64,000 nucleotides of DNA from Phoronis australis (Eukaryota; Animalia; Phoronida), in contig NMRA01000396.1 in assembly GCA_002633005.1 (NCBI GenBank), positions 330,749 through 394,748 of the forward strand, in the 5' to 3' direction. Positions 12,609 to 23,900 of the stretch are shown piece by piece. The notes beneath the pieces are model-generated. The model saw only the letters and a program-made list of their open reading frames with translations, did no database searches and had not been told where the DNA came from. A program made the translations under genes and the position numbers. The first letter of the stretch is position 1. Every line of letters starts with the position of its first letter.

Positions 12609-14605
12609 TTATCTAAACAGGTCGTTGTCATCATCTGATATATTAACAACAGCCGCTGCTGTGGCATTGGAGTTCTTGTGCCCAGATGGGTGCTTTTTAT
12701 GTACAAGTCTGATAAACTCATAATCAGAATCAGAGTCACTAACACTGACCACTTTTCTCTTCCCTCTGTCATGTGATTTTCCGCTGTGTTTGCCACGTGA
12801 CTTGTCACGTGACTTTTCTTCTCCGTGCTTGTGTTTTTTCTTTTTTATTTTTTTGTGTTTATCTTTTGACTCCTTTTCTTCTTTCCTGTTATCAGACGTT
12901 TCCTTTCCTTTGCCTTTTTCATGACTTTTCTTCTTCTCCTTCACTTGACCGCCATCTTGTTTGCTTTTATCCGCTTTTCTTCCACTCCTATCCTCTAGAG
13001 AGGTGTGATGCTTTGCTGACGATCGTTCTCGCTCCTCCCATGTTCTTCTTTCCCGAGATTTACTCTCTCGCCGATGGTTGTCACGTGCTCTGTCATCGTT
13101 TTCACACCTGTAAGTGTAAAGACGAGACTGGATGTCATTGTGACGTTGATGATCCGAGTCATCATACCCTCGGTCATAACCATTCTCTTTTCTACTGTTT
13201 GGCAGTCGTCTTGCTGGAGATCTCGTTCTTTCTCGGTGACGAGTCTCGTCACGCCACACACGATCCCTAGAAGTACGATCGTGTGACCTCCTTGGTGCAG
13301 CATCATGTCTTGACCTGCTGCGAGACCTACGACTACGTGAGCGAGATCTGGAGACCCACCTAGGGCGATAGCTTCTGGATGAACTTCTGCGACCACGTGA
13401 ATGTCGAGAGTCTGAGTCAAGCCTTCTGTTTTTTTGGTCCCTCGACCTTCTGTGTGAAGAGCGAATGGAATTAGCACTAGAACTTCGCGAACGTCTGCTG
13501 GATTTTTTGGAAACACGCTTAGTAACAACAACTTCCTCTTCTGATTCGCTGCTGAGGTGAACAGGTGTGCGTTCCAAGAATGGCTTTTGAATGCCTATAA
13601 TTTCTACACCACTGCAATCACTATCCGACTTCTCTTCCCAATCCTGCGGCTCCTCCTTAACTGTTTTTTGTAGGATCGACATCGGTGCTATGCTGTTAAG
13701 ATTTGGCGTAGGGGACCTTGGACGAGCCATGGCTGATCCAGGAAGCACCGCAGGCACAGAGGAGGTGGATGGTAGTGGAATGTCAGAGAGGTCAATTGTA
13801 GGTGGCACTGATCTTGATGCCATCACACCATTTTGGGAGGGGCCAGAATTAGTCACAGGCTCCATCAGGGGGGAAGACGACTGTGTTAAGTCCACTTCTG
13901 GAGGCGGAGATTCCCAGCCCGACTGACCAGGACCATCTGCTGCCGACAGAAAGTTTCTGACTCTTTCTACAAGGGGTGTGGGGTCTCCCAGATTGAGCCC
14001 ACGGTGTTCCGGCTGCGGTTCTGAAGAATGACGCGTCAAGTCAACCTCAACTGGTGAGATTGCTTCATTCTGGGATACCACAACAACACTCTCGTCAGAA
14101 GAGCTGTCTACAGATATTTCTTCAGCATCAGCTTCATTGTACACCACGTGCCGATCGAATCCAGTCATATCATACGGACACTGTGCAAAATGGTAGAACT
14201 CGTGTATAAAATGAGTTGTTCGTGAGCCGAGGAACGGTGTCAGGTGGTTCCGGAACTCCGTGCTCTGGATTTCATACTGTTTGACAAGCTCCACCACAAG
14301 TTCGACGATCAGCTGGACCTGGCGCTCATTGTTGTACAGCAGAACGTTGAGCTCTCTGTTCAACCACGGCACAAGTCGGTAAGTGCATGCTGGATTGCTA
14401 CGAAAGAATGAGGAACTGATGTCCCTCACACGCCTTGTACCCGGCACGTGTACCTCCATCACTCGCAGCCCACGTATGTAGAGGCTGCGACGGAAGTCTG
14501 ATGTCGTCGCCAGCTGACGCTGTCGTCTCAATCGAGCCCGTTCATGTGGACTGAGTCGAGGCCTCCTTCGCTGACCCAAAGATGTCAGACACTGAAGAGT
14601 TGCAT
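12609..14605 (-). CDS. TOPORS: Topors coding exon 2 (conserved domain, SIM-like motifs, RS and K/H-rich tail, stop)
   Basis: 656-aa ORF extended upstream to the acceptor tgtttgtattccag at 14606; frame matches the phase-1 donor of the RING exon. Confidence 0.92.
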
Positions 14606-17103
14606 CTGGAATACAAACAACACAGGCAGTAATTGAAAAGTCCCATTGTTAACCTGTAAACTATGAATTATAGATTTGGTATTTTTATCGGGTGCTTATG
14701 CATCACATCCAGGATTTACGCAGGTATGATAGCAGAGCATGATCAGTCTTCCATACCAAGAAGGGAGGGGCCCCAAGGAAAGCAGTGAATGAGGTTAAAC
14801 ATTCATTGTAAGCATGACAATGAATAAACAAATAATGTTAACATTTAGAAATTTGGTCTTACACTCCGTCTCCAAAATTGCTAAATAAAGGTTTAGCTAA
14901 GTAGCTGTGAGCGTATTGTGTTAAATCCCTTTTCATGAAACAGGCCCCAGTTCATTTCTAGACTTTACTGTGACTTGTTGTTTTGCTAAAAGTGAGAAGT
15001 TCCAGCTACTCAGATTACCACCTCCAACAGACACACTGAGGCAGCTCTCTTATTACCTAGAAAAATAGGACAATTCTAATTTGCACCACTCATACACGAC
15101 ATGGTAAAGGCACCATTAAAGACGTGCAATACATCACAAAACAAGATACAGCAACATTATATTTAGACGTCCATTTGCTTGTATTTAAAGCAACAGATAC
15201 AATTCATAAAAACCCATAATTGATCTATATTCTCTGTGGCTTCTCAAACTCCTTTCCATAATTTACAGCAGAGCTGATTGTGCAGAGCTTTGAACCTTGA
15301 ACTGTCCTTTAAAACCAATGGTTAGTTCACTTAAATAATTAAAGTACTGAAAAGATTAAGCCAATTTAATTTGATAGTTAAAGGGACAGTTCCTCCTTAC
15401 AAAGCACATATTCATAATGTAACTCAATCGCATGAAATTTTTTAAGAACTTTCCGTGCCATGGTGTAAATTTAATTCAATTCCAAATCCAGTAGGAAGCA
15501 TTGGTAAGGTAAAGGCGACTGTCAAAATGACAGGTCATTAACTTTGACCAACTTTTTGAGATTTGTACTTCATCAGTCAGTTGATTTCTGATCTCAATTC
15601 GTCAATAGAAACCCAATGCTATCAAAGCAAGTATAATTTAGAGACTAATTTGCAAGAGTCAGTAACCCTATTTCATGATTTTCATTTGAAGCAATACATG
15701 GAAAGAAAATATGATAGGAGACTGAGGCTTTTCCTTACTTTCTGATTCTTGAATAGGGCAGGTTTACTTACAAGAAAGCGTGTAGTTGACAATGGTCACA
15801 CGTTTCTATCTTAACTCTAAAGGTCTTGTTCATTGGCAAGATATTGACTTGATAGGATGACCTAAATGTAAGATGAGGTCACAGATGGTGAGGAGTTGCA
15901 GGTCTTGATCACTGTTCCAGTTGGGGCATCTGCTTGTAATGTAGACAGTTACATTGGCTCTTCTTGAGCACCCGTGTTCCTCTCTGGTAGGGACTTTGGC
16001 AACATTGATGACAAAGTCCTCACCAGAGAGGAACACCGGTATTCAAAAAAAGTTAAAGAAGCTATCTAAAATAAAACCAGAAGCCTGCCGTATGACCTTA
16101 TCTTGGATCAAGGTCCACTTATCACGCCAACATCCAGTCAGTGAACAGCACCTTTTGAATTATGGTACAGATATCTGACCATTCTCAACTGTATGCTTCC
16201 TTATTAGTAAATCTTTCCCATGGGGAGAACATGTTGTCAATTTAGATATTTTTAAATATTTAACTAGATCCAGTGTGCAGCATACACTAACAAAAGACAC
16301 ATAATGAGTTAATATTGTGTTACAGTACCAAATAACATTTACCAAATAACATTTACTATTACAGGGGAACATGTAATAAAACATTTGCTAGTTATAAAAT
16401 CCGTCCCCTTTTCCTCCCTGCCCAGACTAGAAATGATTCATAAGCTCGAGAAGACCTGATAGGTTGTTATTTGCTTCAGATCGACACTGCTGAATAGCTT
16501 ACCATGGCAGGTAAGTTAGAGTCACAAAAGTAGTATGGCTGTGGAAATTCCAGGTGATCTATTACAAGTCAACCAATTTCAATTCAAAGACAAGAATGTC
16601 ATGACATTTTAGATGTCGAGCAGATAAACCTATCAGAAAGTTGATGCTTTTAATGTCACAACATGGTTAGTAGTGTTCATACCTTGCTGGGCATTCTGTT
16701 GGTCATTGCGTTGACGCAGGCGGTCAGCTGTCAGGGTCGAGTGATAGCGAAATCTCTGGCCATCCTGGTGTCCCCAACTACCATTTTCTTCAGGGGTCAA
16801 AACATGTTCCTCATAGTCATCGACAGAGCGAACGCTATGGATTATACTTCTAAATGACTGCTTACAGAGTGGACATTCTGTCTTCACTTTGGACCACTCA
16901 AGTAAACACAAATAACAAAACTGGTGAAAGCAGCCATTGGTGAAAGCTTTGTTCTGAAGCTTGCCCAAACATATAGAGCAGTTGTTGTCTGGGGATTTGG
17001 AGCCATGCGTTGACCCTTCAGAGCACTGACTGGGAGTACGACTTGGGCTTAAAGAACATGAAGACGAGTTGTCATCAGAAACGTCAATCACTGGATCAGC
17101 CAT
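12609..17103 (-). CDS. TOPORS: E3 ubiquitin/SUMO ligase Topors-like, CDS join(complement 17103..16683, 14605..12609), 805 aa
   Basis: C3HC4 RING (CSICLGKLQNKAFTNGCFHQFCYLCLLEWSKVKTECPLCKQ) followed by the Topors-type blocks RFRYHSTLT, FRRSLY, NPACTYRLVPWLNRELNVLL and LTPFLGSRTTHFIHEFYHFAQCPYDMTGFD, then an RS-rich and a Lys/His-rich tail. The phase-1 donor (CAAG|gtatga at 16683) joins the acceptor (ttccag|AT at 14605) in frame with the 656-aa ORF. Total 421+1997=2418 nt. Confidence 0.93.
16683..17103 (-). CDS. TOPORS: Topors coding exon 1 (RING domain)
   Basis: Acceptor tttttacag ends at 17118, ATG at 17103 (MADPVIDVSDD...), RING finger, GT donor at 16682-16681. Confidence 0.9.
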
Positions 17104-17716
17104 CACAGCGTAGATGTCTGTAAAAAACATTTCCATGAGTATATAACACAGGAACAAGTGACAAAAGAATGGTGTTAAAGTAGATGCAGTCCCGCCTTTC
17201 ATCACAAAAAGTAGATGCAGTCCCGCTTTCCATCATAAAAAATAGCTACTGATCTTGACCACTTATCATTACGCAATTGGTCTAACAAAGTTACTTAGCC
17301 AAAGTGGAGATGACTTCAAGGTTTTTAAAAAAATGAAAAACCTTCAACATTGCTTACGACAAGGCTTTACAAGTTGGCTTATCAGACAGAGTCATTTGAT
17401 GCACAGCACGATTTTTACACGGGTGCTTTGGTTCAGTACAACTAAACAAGAATGCGTAAAAAGTTGTGCTGGCTAATTGAGAGCGAGACTCAAATGGACT
17501 CAAATTATAGTAAGACCATGAAATAACTTGTTCATTCAACAAAACTTTTGCAGGAGATGAAAATCAACACCCAATAATTTAAGTTTGTTGAACACTACAG
17601 TCTTGCAGTTACTCTGATTTTCAAGACTAAAATGTTATTCCATTCCTATCAGTAGATTGTGGATTTTCACCAAATATATGACTTGAATCAATATTCTTTA
17701 ACAAAGTTATGTTTAA

Positions 17717-19432
17717 AGCAGAGTGGACCCAAAAACAACCTATTTTGTATCAATCTAGATCGAGTAGTTCCACTCGATAACAGCAAGCATAGCTCTTTTA
17801 CCTGATACCTGACGACAGACGGAGGTACTGAAATTAACCAATGACGTCAGGGGATCGAATGCAGCCTGTTCAGCAGTTCACAGCATGCTTATTGTTGTCA
17901 ACTTATCACTTGAATTCATAAATTCGATGTAAAACCCTTAAAAATACACCAAGTTATTGAACAAACGTGTTACTTTATTAAGCTGTTACGTATTTTTAGG
18001 TATTTGAATGTACTATAGCCTACAAAGTTCGGTACGCCAATTTATCAAGGTCGGTCGCAGGAGTTTGGTATCTGTCTGGTGATAAATTCCAATTATTCGT
18101 CCATGAAATACAGACAGGAGACCATAGCTGTGTGATTTTTTCAGTTCTAAACACACAAAACGCTTGGTATCCCAGCCAGTGGCTCGGAACTCGATCAGGC
18201 CCATTGCCGCCCGACTGAAGACATCACAAAAATAAACCAGCCAAAGTTGGAAACTAAACTTTCAGTTACGAAAAGACTATACTAGTGAGCCAAAGAAGAA
18301 ATGTTCATGTGATTATTTTGGTGAATTAGCCGTGAAACAGCAAATCTACTTACAAGCTCATCGCATTTAGTCAGGTTACCCTTACACAGAACCGTCAGGG
18401 CAAAAGTTGCACAGTAACAATGATTCGAGTACTAGTAATGTATATGAATATCTAAATAATGATTCCCCTAACATGTGACCATAGGATATAAAATCGAGTT
18501 ATTGTTTCACAACAACTGTCTGTTAGCAAACACTGAATTAGCATGTGCTAACACGGCCTCTGTGCCGGGTCAATTAGCTTATTGCACATAAAACCGGTAG
18601 AGCAGTGATTTATTCATAGCTGGCTTCTCAAAACTTTTTCACTCAAGAACACTCCAAGGCATTACAAATTGCATCTAATGAGGCAGACTTTGTTTCAGTT
18701 TTGTATCAGCATTGATTAGATAGACGATTTAATGGTGTAAAGTGATACCAGTAATGTCGTAATAGCCGAGATTGCTCGACCTTGGGAATTGAACCAGCGA
18801 CCCTGATTTAACCAGCGAGCGTGCTAACCATTCAGCTAATAGGCAATTGCCCATTAGCGAGTGGCTAACAGAGGCTCATATATGATTCACCGGAAGCACT
18901 TTCAGAACATTCCCCACTTGCCTATGAACAAGCGCGTCACCTGGCAGGTGAACACAGAATTCTACTCCTGTGGTCATCACAGGATATTACTCCTGGACTA
19001 CGTCACGAGATTTTACTCTTGGATTTTTACTCTTGGATTTTACCTCCCAGAATAGCCGCCCGACGGATGAACCCCAAGATTGTCTCGCATTAAGGTCCTC
19101 AACTCTGTGAAGTGCTTCATTGGTATATCATCCTTTTGCCGACTACGTCAATTGTCGTAATAGCCGAGATTGCCCGACCTTGGGAATCAAACCAGCGACC
19201 CCGATTTAACCAGCGAGCGTGCTAACCCTTTCGGCTAATAGGCAATTGTCAGTTAGCGAGTGGCTAATAGAGGCTCATATATGATTCACCGGAAGCACTT
19301 TCACAACATTAATTTCAGCACCTGCAGTCTGTGGTCTGAAGTCCGGTAAAAGAACTGAACTTGCTCTTATCTAGAGGAACTACAAGACCTAAATTGATAC
19401 TAAATACATTGTTTTTTGGTGCCATTCTGCTT
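17717..19432 (-). mobile_element. Older, diverged inverted Kolobok-like copy interrupted by a miniature LTR element
   Basis: 17717-18730 is the reverse complement of ~56790-57835 (starts ttaa-agcagagtggacccaaaaacaacc). A degenerate opposite end (tggtgccattctgcttaa) lies near 19420-19435. Confidence 0.65.
18755..19308 (-). mobile_element. Miniature non-autonomous LTR retroelement (TRIM) with tRNA-like sequence in the LTRs (Ajax-like)
   Basis: Two ~155-bp direct repeats with TG...CA ends (18755-18909, 19153-19308). PBS matches the tRNA-Ser 3' end at 13/14 (plus tgccgactacgtca, 19137-19150). PPT AAGTGGGGAA on the minus strand. Pol III A box TAGCTGAATGG and B box GGTTCAATTCC inside the LTR. Imperfect 4-bp TSD gtaa/ttaa. 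Confidence 0.85.
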
Positions 19433-19546
19433 AAAGCCACACACTGCGCATAGAGTACTCAAGACCATTTGTCTTAGTTGAGCTGCTAAGGCTGTGTCAC
19501 ACGATCGTCTAGCCAGTTTGCCGACTTGTCAACTCTATTGTGGTGA

Positions 19547-20446
19547 TAGGCAATGACCATCGCCTCTGTTGGCCCGAACCAGAGGCGATGTAGAGGCTAT
19601 AGGCGCTCTGTACGCCGGAAGCTTTTCGGCGAATTTTGCCTCGCACTGACTAAACCATCAAAGTCACGTTGTTCTAAATACCTTTTGCGCATAAAGGAAC
19701 ACCTTAGGAGGTTGCCGATGTGTTTAATTCCTTCCAACTCGAACAAATACTCCCGTTATGAAACTTTTTCTTCGAGCAGTCTCTATTTCAGTTCCCAAAA
19801 TCGTGAACTCACCATTTTTATACTGCGCACGCTCCAATTCATGACCTCAATCTTTAAATAGGCCAAAGGTGAGCCATTGCGGTCTTGTCAGTCAAATGTT
19901 CGTTTCCAAAATGCCACCACTTATACTTGTCTTAATTGGCGTTACTTGAAACTGATTGTATTTCAATGAATCATTGTTTGTATTTGATAAAAATAAATGC
20001 TGTTGATATGACATTTAATAGTCTTTGTGCACATATTTGACATTTTAATGTTTAACAACACGGCAAATGCACGGCTGGTTCCCGGCAGCACGTACGCGAA
20101 GGGCGGGAACTTCAGCTTTCAAAGTTCGCCGGTAGGTCCGCAACTTCTGACCTTCGGCCTGGTTAAAAAAATTAAAAAGTTGATTTCACGATTTTGGGAA
20201 CTGAAATAGGGACTGCTCGAAGAAAAAGTTTCATAACGGGAGTATTTGTTCGAGTTGGAAGGAATTAAACACATCGACAACCTCCTAGTAAGGTGTTCCT
20301 CTATGCGCAAAAGGTATTTAGAACAACGTGACTGATGGTTTAGTCGGTGCGAGGCAAAATTCGCCGAAAAGCTTCCGGCGTACAGAGCGCCTATAGCCTC
20401 TACATCGCCTCTGGTTCGGGCCAACAGAGGCGATGGTCATTGCCTA
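19547..20446. mobile_element. Mutator-like (MULE) non-autonomous foldback element
   Basis: ~260-bp near-perfect TIRs (19547-19807, 20186-20446) and a 9-bp TSD ttgtggtga/ctgtggtga (1 mismatch). Confidence 0.85.
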
Positions 20447-20587
20447 CTGTGGTGAGTGATTGAATGATTCTGTCAATTTGTCATTTCTATATTAATTGAT
20501 CAGATCAGTTGGCAGCCAGTGATGGCTTTTAATTAGTCAATCACACCAAATTCCTAAATATATTTTGAAATGATGAACAAAGAATAC

Positions 20588-20951
20588 CTTCATGACATTT
20601 TCCGTACGCCACTAAGTCGAGTTTTTAAAAGTATTCACGAATAACGACGTATTTCTACAGTTGCTGAAAATCCTTAAAATTACGCTAACACCAACAAGTT
20701 AGACCGGATGCCAATATCTGCAAGATGAAAACAATAACTTTTCACTATGCATGATCAATACTATGAAAAGTTTATGTATGTCACTTACATCAACTATATT
20801 AATCAAAATTTAAATACCACAACAATAATTTTTCGTGCATTACTAAGAGTAAGTATTGGTTTTTAATAAATGCAATATTTAAGAAAAAGTTTTTTGGGTT
20901 TGTCGTGAGACACCGGTACGAGGTTCCCAACTGCATTTGGAATTTGTGACA
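20588..20951. promoter_or_regulatory. Candidate Topors non-coding exon 1 (minus strand, donor at 20587) and shared bidirectional promoter with Asterix
   Basis: The Topors RING exon starts with a splice acceptor, so an upstream exon is needed. A minus-strand AAG|gtattc donor lies at 20588/20587 in unique, non-TE sequence, ~360 bp from the Asterix ATG. Inferred only. Confidence 0.45.
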
Positions 20952-20998
20952 ATGTCTCAAAATGGGTATGATCCTAGGCGACCAAATAAAGTTCAGAG
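20952..20998 (+). CDS. WDR83OS: Asterix exon 1 ([16 protein letters not shown])
   Basis: Conserved DPRRPNKV motif; donor AG|gtagga. Confidence 0.9.
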
Positions 20999-23900
20999 GT
21001 AGGAACCCGTTAAAAGCAATACAATAATGCTACTTGTGTTTTACTTTTGAAAACTATTGTCGTTTGATTTTGTTATCTTGCTAATTACCCGAGACTCCTC
21101 ACGGCTCCGCGTTAAACACTAGGAGAAGTTCGGATAAATTCGGACAAAAGCTAGCTCTACTTGCCTACTAAAAACTGAAGGTTTATGTGTCAGCTAATAA
21201 CATTACACGAGTAATGGTATCTCCTCAAATCATTTGAGAAACCAACCAATGAGATTCTTCGTTACTAGTTCACTTCCAATGCCTTCGAATTTTAAGAATT
21301 ATAACAATGGTCAAAATCAGGGAAATTCGGACACAGGTGGGGAAAAGCGGACAGAGTGTCGGGGAAAGTCGGACACAGTGTAGGGGAACTTCGGACCAGC
21401 AAATTCTGAATAGGTAAAACTCGGACAAAATATATAGCAGTACTTTATGATTTCAGAAAATGAATTTAGGTATTATTCAGCTGTCTTATCATGAGACGAA
21501 TAATAAAATTTAAGAAGCCATCATGTCCTGGCCACATAAACAACGTAAAAGTACGCCCCCCTTACCAATTTGTGTGCAGCACCCGCGGTAAACAGCACCA
21601 TTGTTGTTGACAAATTAAGTTAACTTTTGGATTGACCTCTTAAAACAGTACGATCATCACGTGATTACGAAAATCTCTTGAGCAAGAAAACGTCAAGAAA
21701 AGTGTCTAGTAGCCTAAAAACACGGGTGTCCGAATTTCCCTGCAGCCTACAAAAAGTTGGAGTGGAAATTCGGACACCAGTTTTTTGATTAAATCATGCT
21801 TTTTGTAAGTTTTTCTATTGGAATTAACTCATAAAACTGCATAGGGATGAATTATACATTAAGCAGGGCTTGGAATTTTCCGCGGAAACGCAGATTTCCG
21901 CTTTTTTCAAATGTTCTTTCCGCGTATTTTATTATATTTCCGTGTAAAAAGAATCGGATTTGATATAAAATTTCTGGGGCAAATGTCTTTCTTACCGCCG
22001 CGTTGCCGACGACTTTCACCTCGAAAAGCGGAAGTTGCTCTTCATGTTTCGGAGGAACGTAAATTGTCAACATTGCCGGGGCATCTGGGATAGCATGGTG
22101 GATTTCCTTAATGGCGACTCGTGTGATTGTAAACCGCGGTGACAAATTATACTACGACTCTGTAGCCAAAAAATGCTTGGAGGTGGGAGGGTGGGAGTGG
22201 CAGACGAGCTAAGACAGACGCAGACGCACGCTTCCGGAGGTGGTACCGTTTTTTTTGTTTTTTTTTTTAGTCCTCTCGATTTAGGTCGGCAAAAGGTCCA
22301 CACCGACTTTTTCAAGGCTGGCTGCGCATGTTTCGGGCCGTAAAAATTTCCGTGTTTTTCTCCATTGGTCATTCCAAGCCCTGATTAAGTAAATTCAAGT
22401 TCATTTTAATGACAAGTGACCTAAATAACACTTGGAAAAGACATTGTACCTACCACAGACTTTCGAAATCAGCACGCGAAGCAGACGGCAGAGCGATATA
22501 AGGTGCTGAACATGCCTCATATCTGTTGAAACTTTGTTGTAATTCAAGTGAGGTGATAAATAAATTCCTACTATTGTTCAAAGAAGTGAATGATCTTTTC
22601 ATTTAGTGGTAAGGCATCTTGATTGTTAATATATTTGACGTTCATTTAGACTTGTCCGAATTTTACCACCGTCCGAGTTTCCCCGAACTACCCCTGCTGA
22701 TATAGGGTTGGTCAACAATGGCGCTGTTTACCACGTAGGCTGCACACAAATTGACAAGGGCAGACGTACTTTTACATTGTTTATGTGGTCAGGACATGAT
22801 GGCTTCTTAAATTTTAATATTCGTCTCATGATAAGACTGCTAAATAATATGTTTATTCATTTTTTGAAATCATGAAGTACTATTATATATTTTGTCCGAA
22901 TTTTACCTATTCAGAATTTGCTGGTCCGAATTTCCCCGACACTGTCCAACTTTCCCCGCATGCATCTGAATTTCCCGATGTTGACCATTGTTATTATTCT
23001 TAAAATTCGAAGGCATTGAAACTGAACTATATTCAAGAAAACAGCATGTCAAGTTTTAAAACCGTTGTTGTTTTCTTGAATATATGCTGCTACTTGCTAT
23101 CATGGAGAAACTGGACTAGTAACGAAGAATCTCATTGGTTGGTTTCTCAAAAGATTTGCGGATATCCCATTACGCGTCTAATGTTATTAGCTGACACATA
23201 AACCTTCAGTAGCAGGTAAGCAAGTCGAGCTCGGTGGTTTCGTCCGAATTTACCCGAACTTCCCCTACTCATCACTGCCACTGACACTACTCACTAGCCA
23301 ATGATCATAGTCCGTAGCTGGCTCAGTAGAGACGATGGAGCTCCAAATTGGCAACTGACTGGCTAGCAATTGAGAGAGGCTTTGTGTGGCTGTATGTTCG
23401 CCCTGGAAGTCATGTGTCACAACACTCCGTTCCTTCCTACAGATCAAGTGTGAGGCCTGACCTCTCAGGCCGGCCACATCTGTGGTCTTGGTTTCCCCCG
23501 CAGTTGCTTGAGCGTGACTCCGGACTGTCCCCAAAAAAAAGTGCTGACATCCCATCTGGTTGTGGGTTTTACCGTTGTTGGCCACCGATGAAGTAAATTT
23601 CTCCGAGTACGGGACTTAAACCTTGGTTGGGCGTGTGAGAGCTGAGCATGTAAACTGTTCAGCCAAGAGGCAATTACCACTTGGCAAGCAATTTAGAGAG
23701 GCTTTATCTGACTACGTATGTCACACCCAGACGTCACGTGTCACAACATCCCTCTGCTCTATGAGCAAAAGTTACTTGTGGGCAATTCCGTGAAAAGGTG
23801 AACCTCGAGACAAAAAACTTCACTATATATTATAAAATTTGTGCAATCACATGAACCCCAAACTTCATAAAAAATAACATTTCAACTTTGGTGCATCACT

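Noticed and set aside
12773-13926. Several overlapping ORFs on both strands inside the Topors exon
   Set aside because: Shadow frames of a low-complexity RS/K-rich coding exon; no independent signal.
17104-17205. Upstream ATGs extending the Topors RING ORF to 190 aa
   Set aside because: They lie upstream of a clear acceptor at 17118 and include a 31-bp tandem duplication; likely intronic.
18777-18838. Possible tRNA gene
   Set aside because: Has A and B boxes but no complete cloverleaf, and it is part of a duplicated LTR.
19553-20424. Two near-identical ~100-aa ORFs on opposite strands
   Set aside because: They are translations of the MULE terminal inverted repeats.
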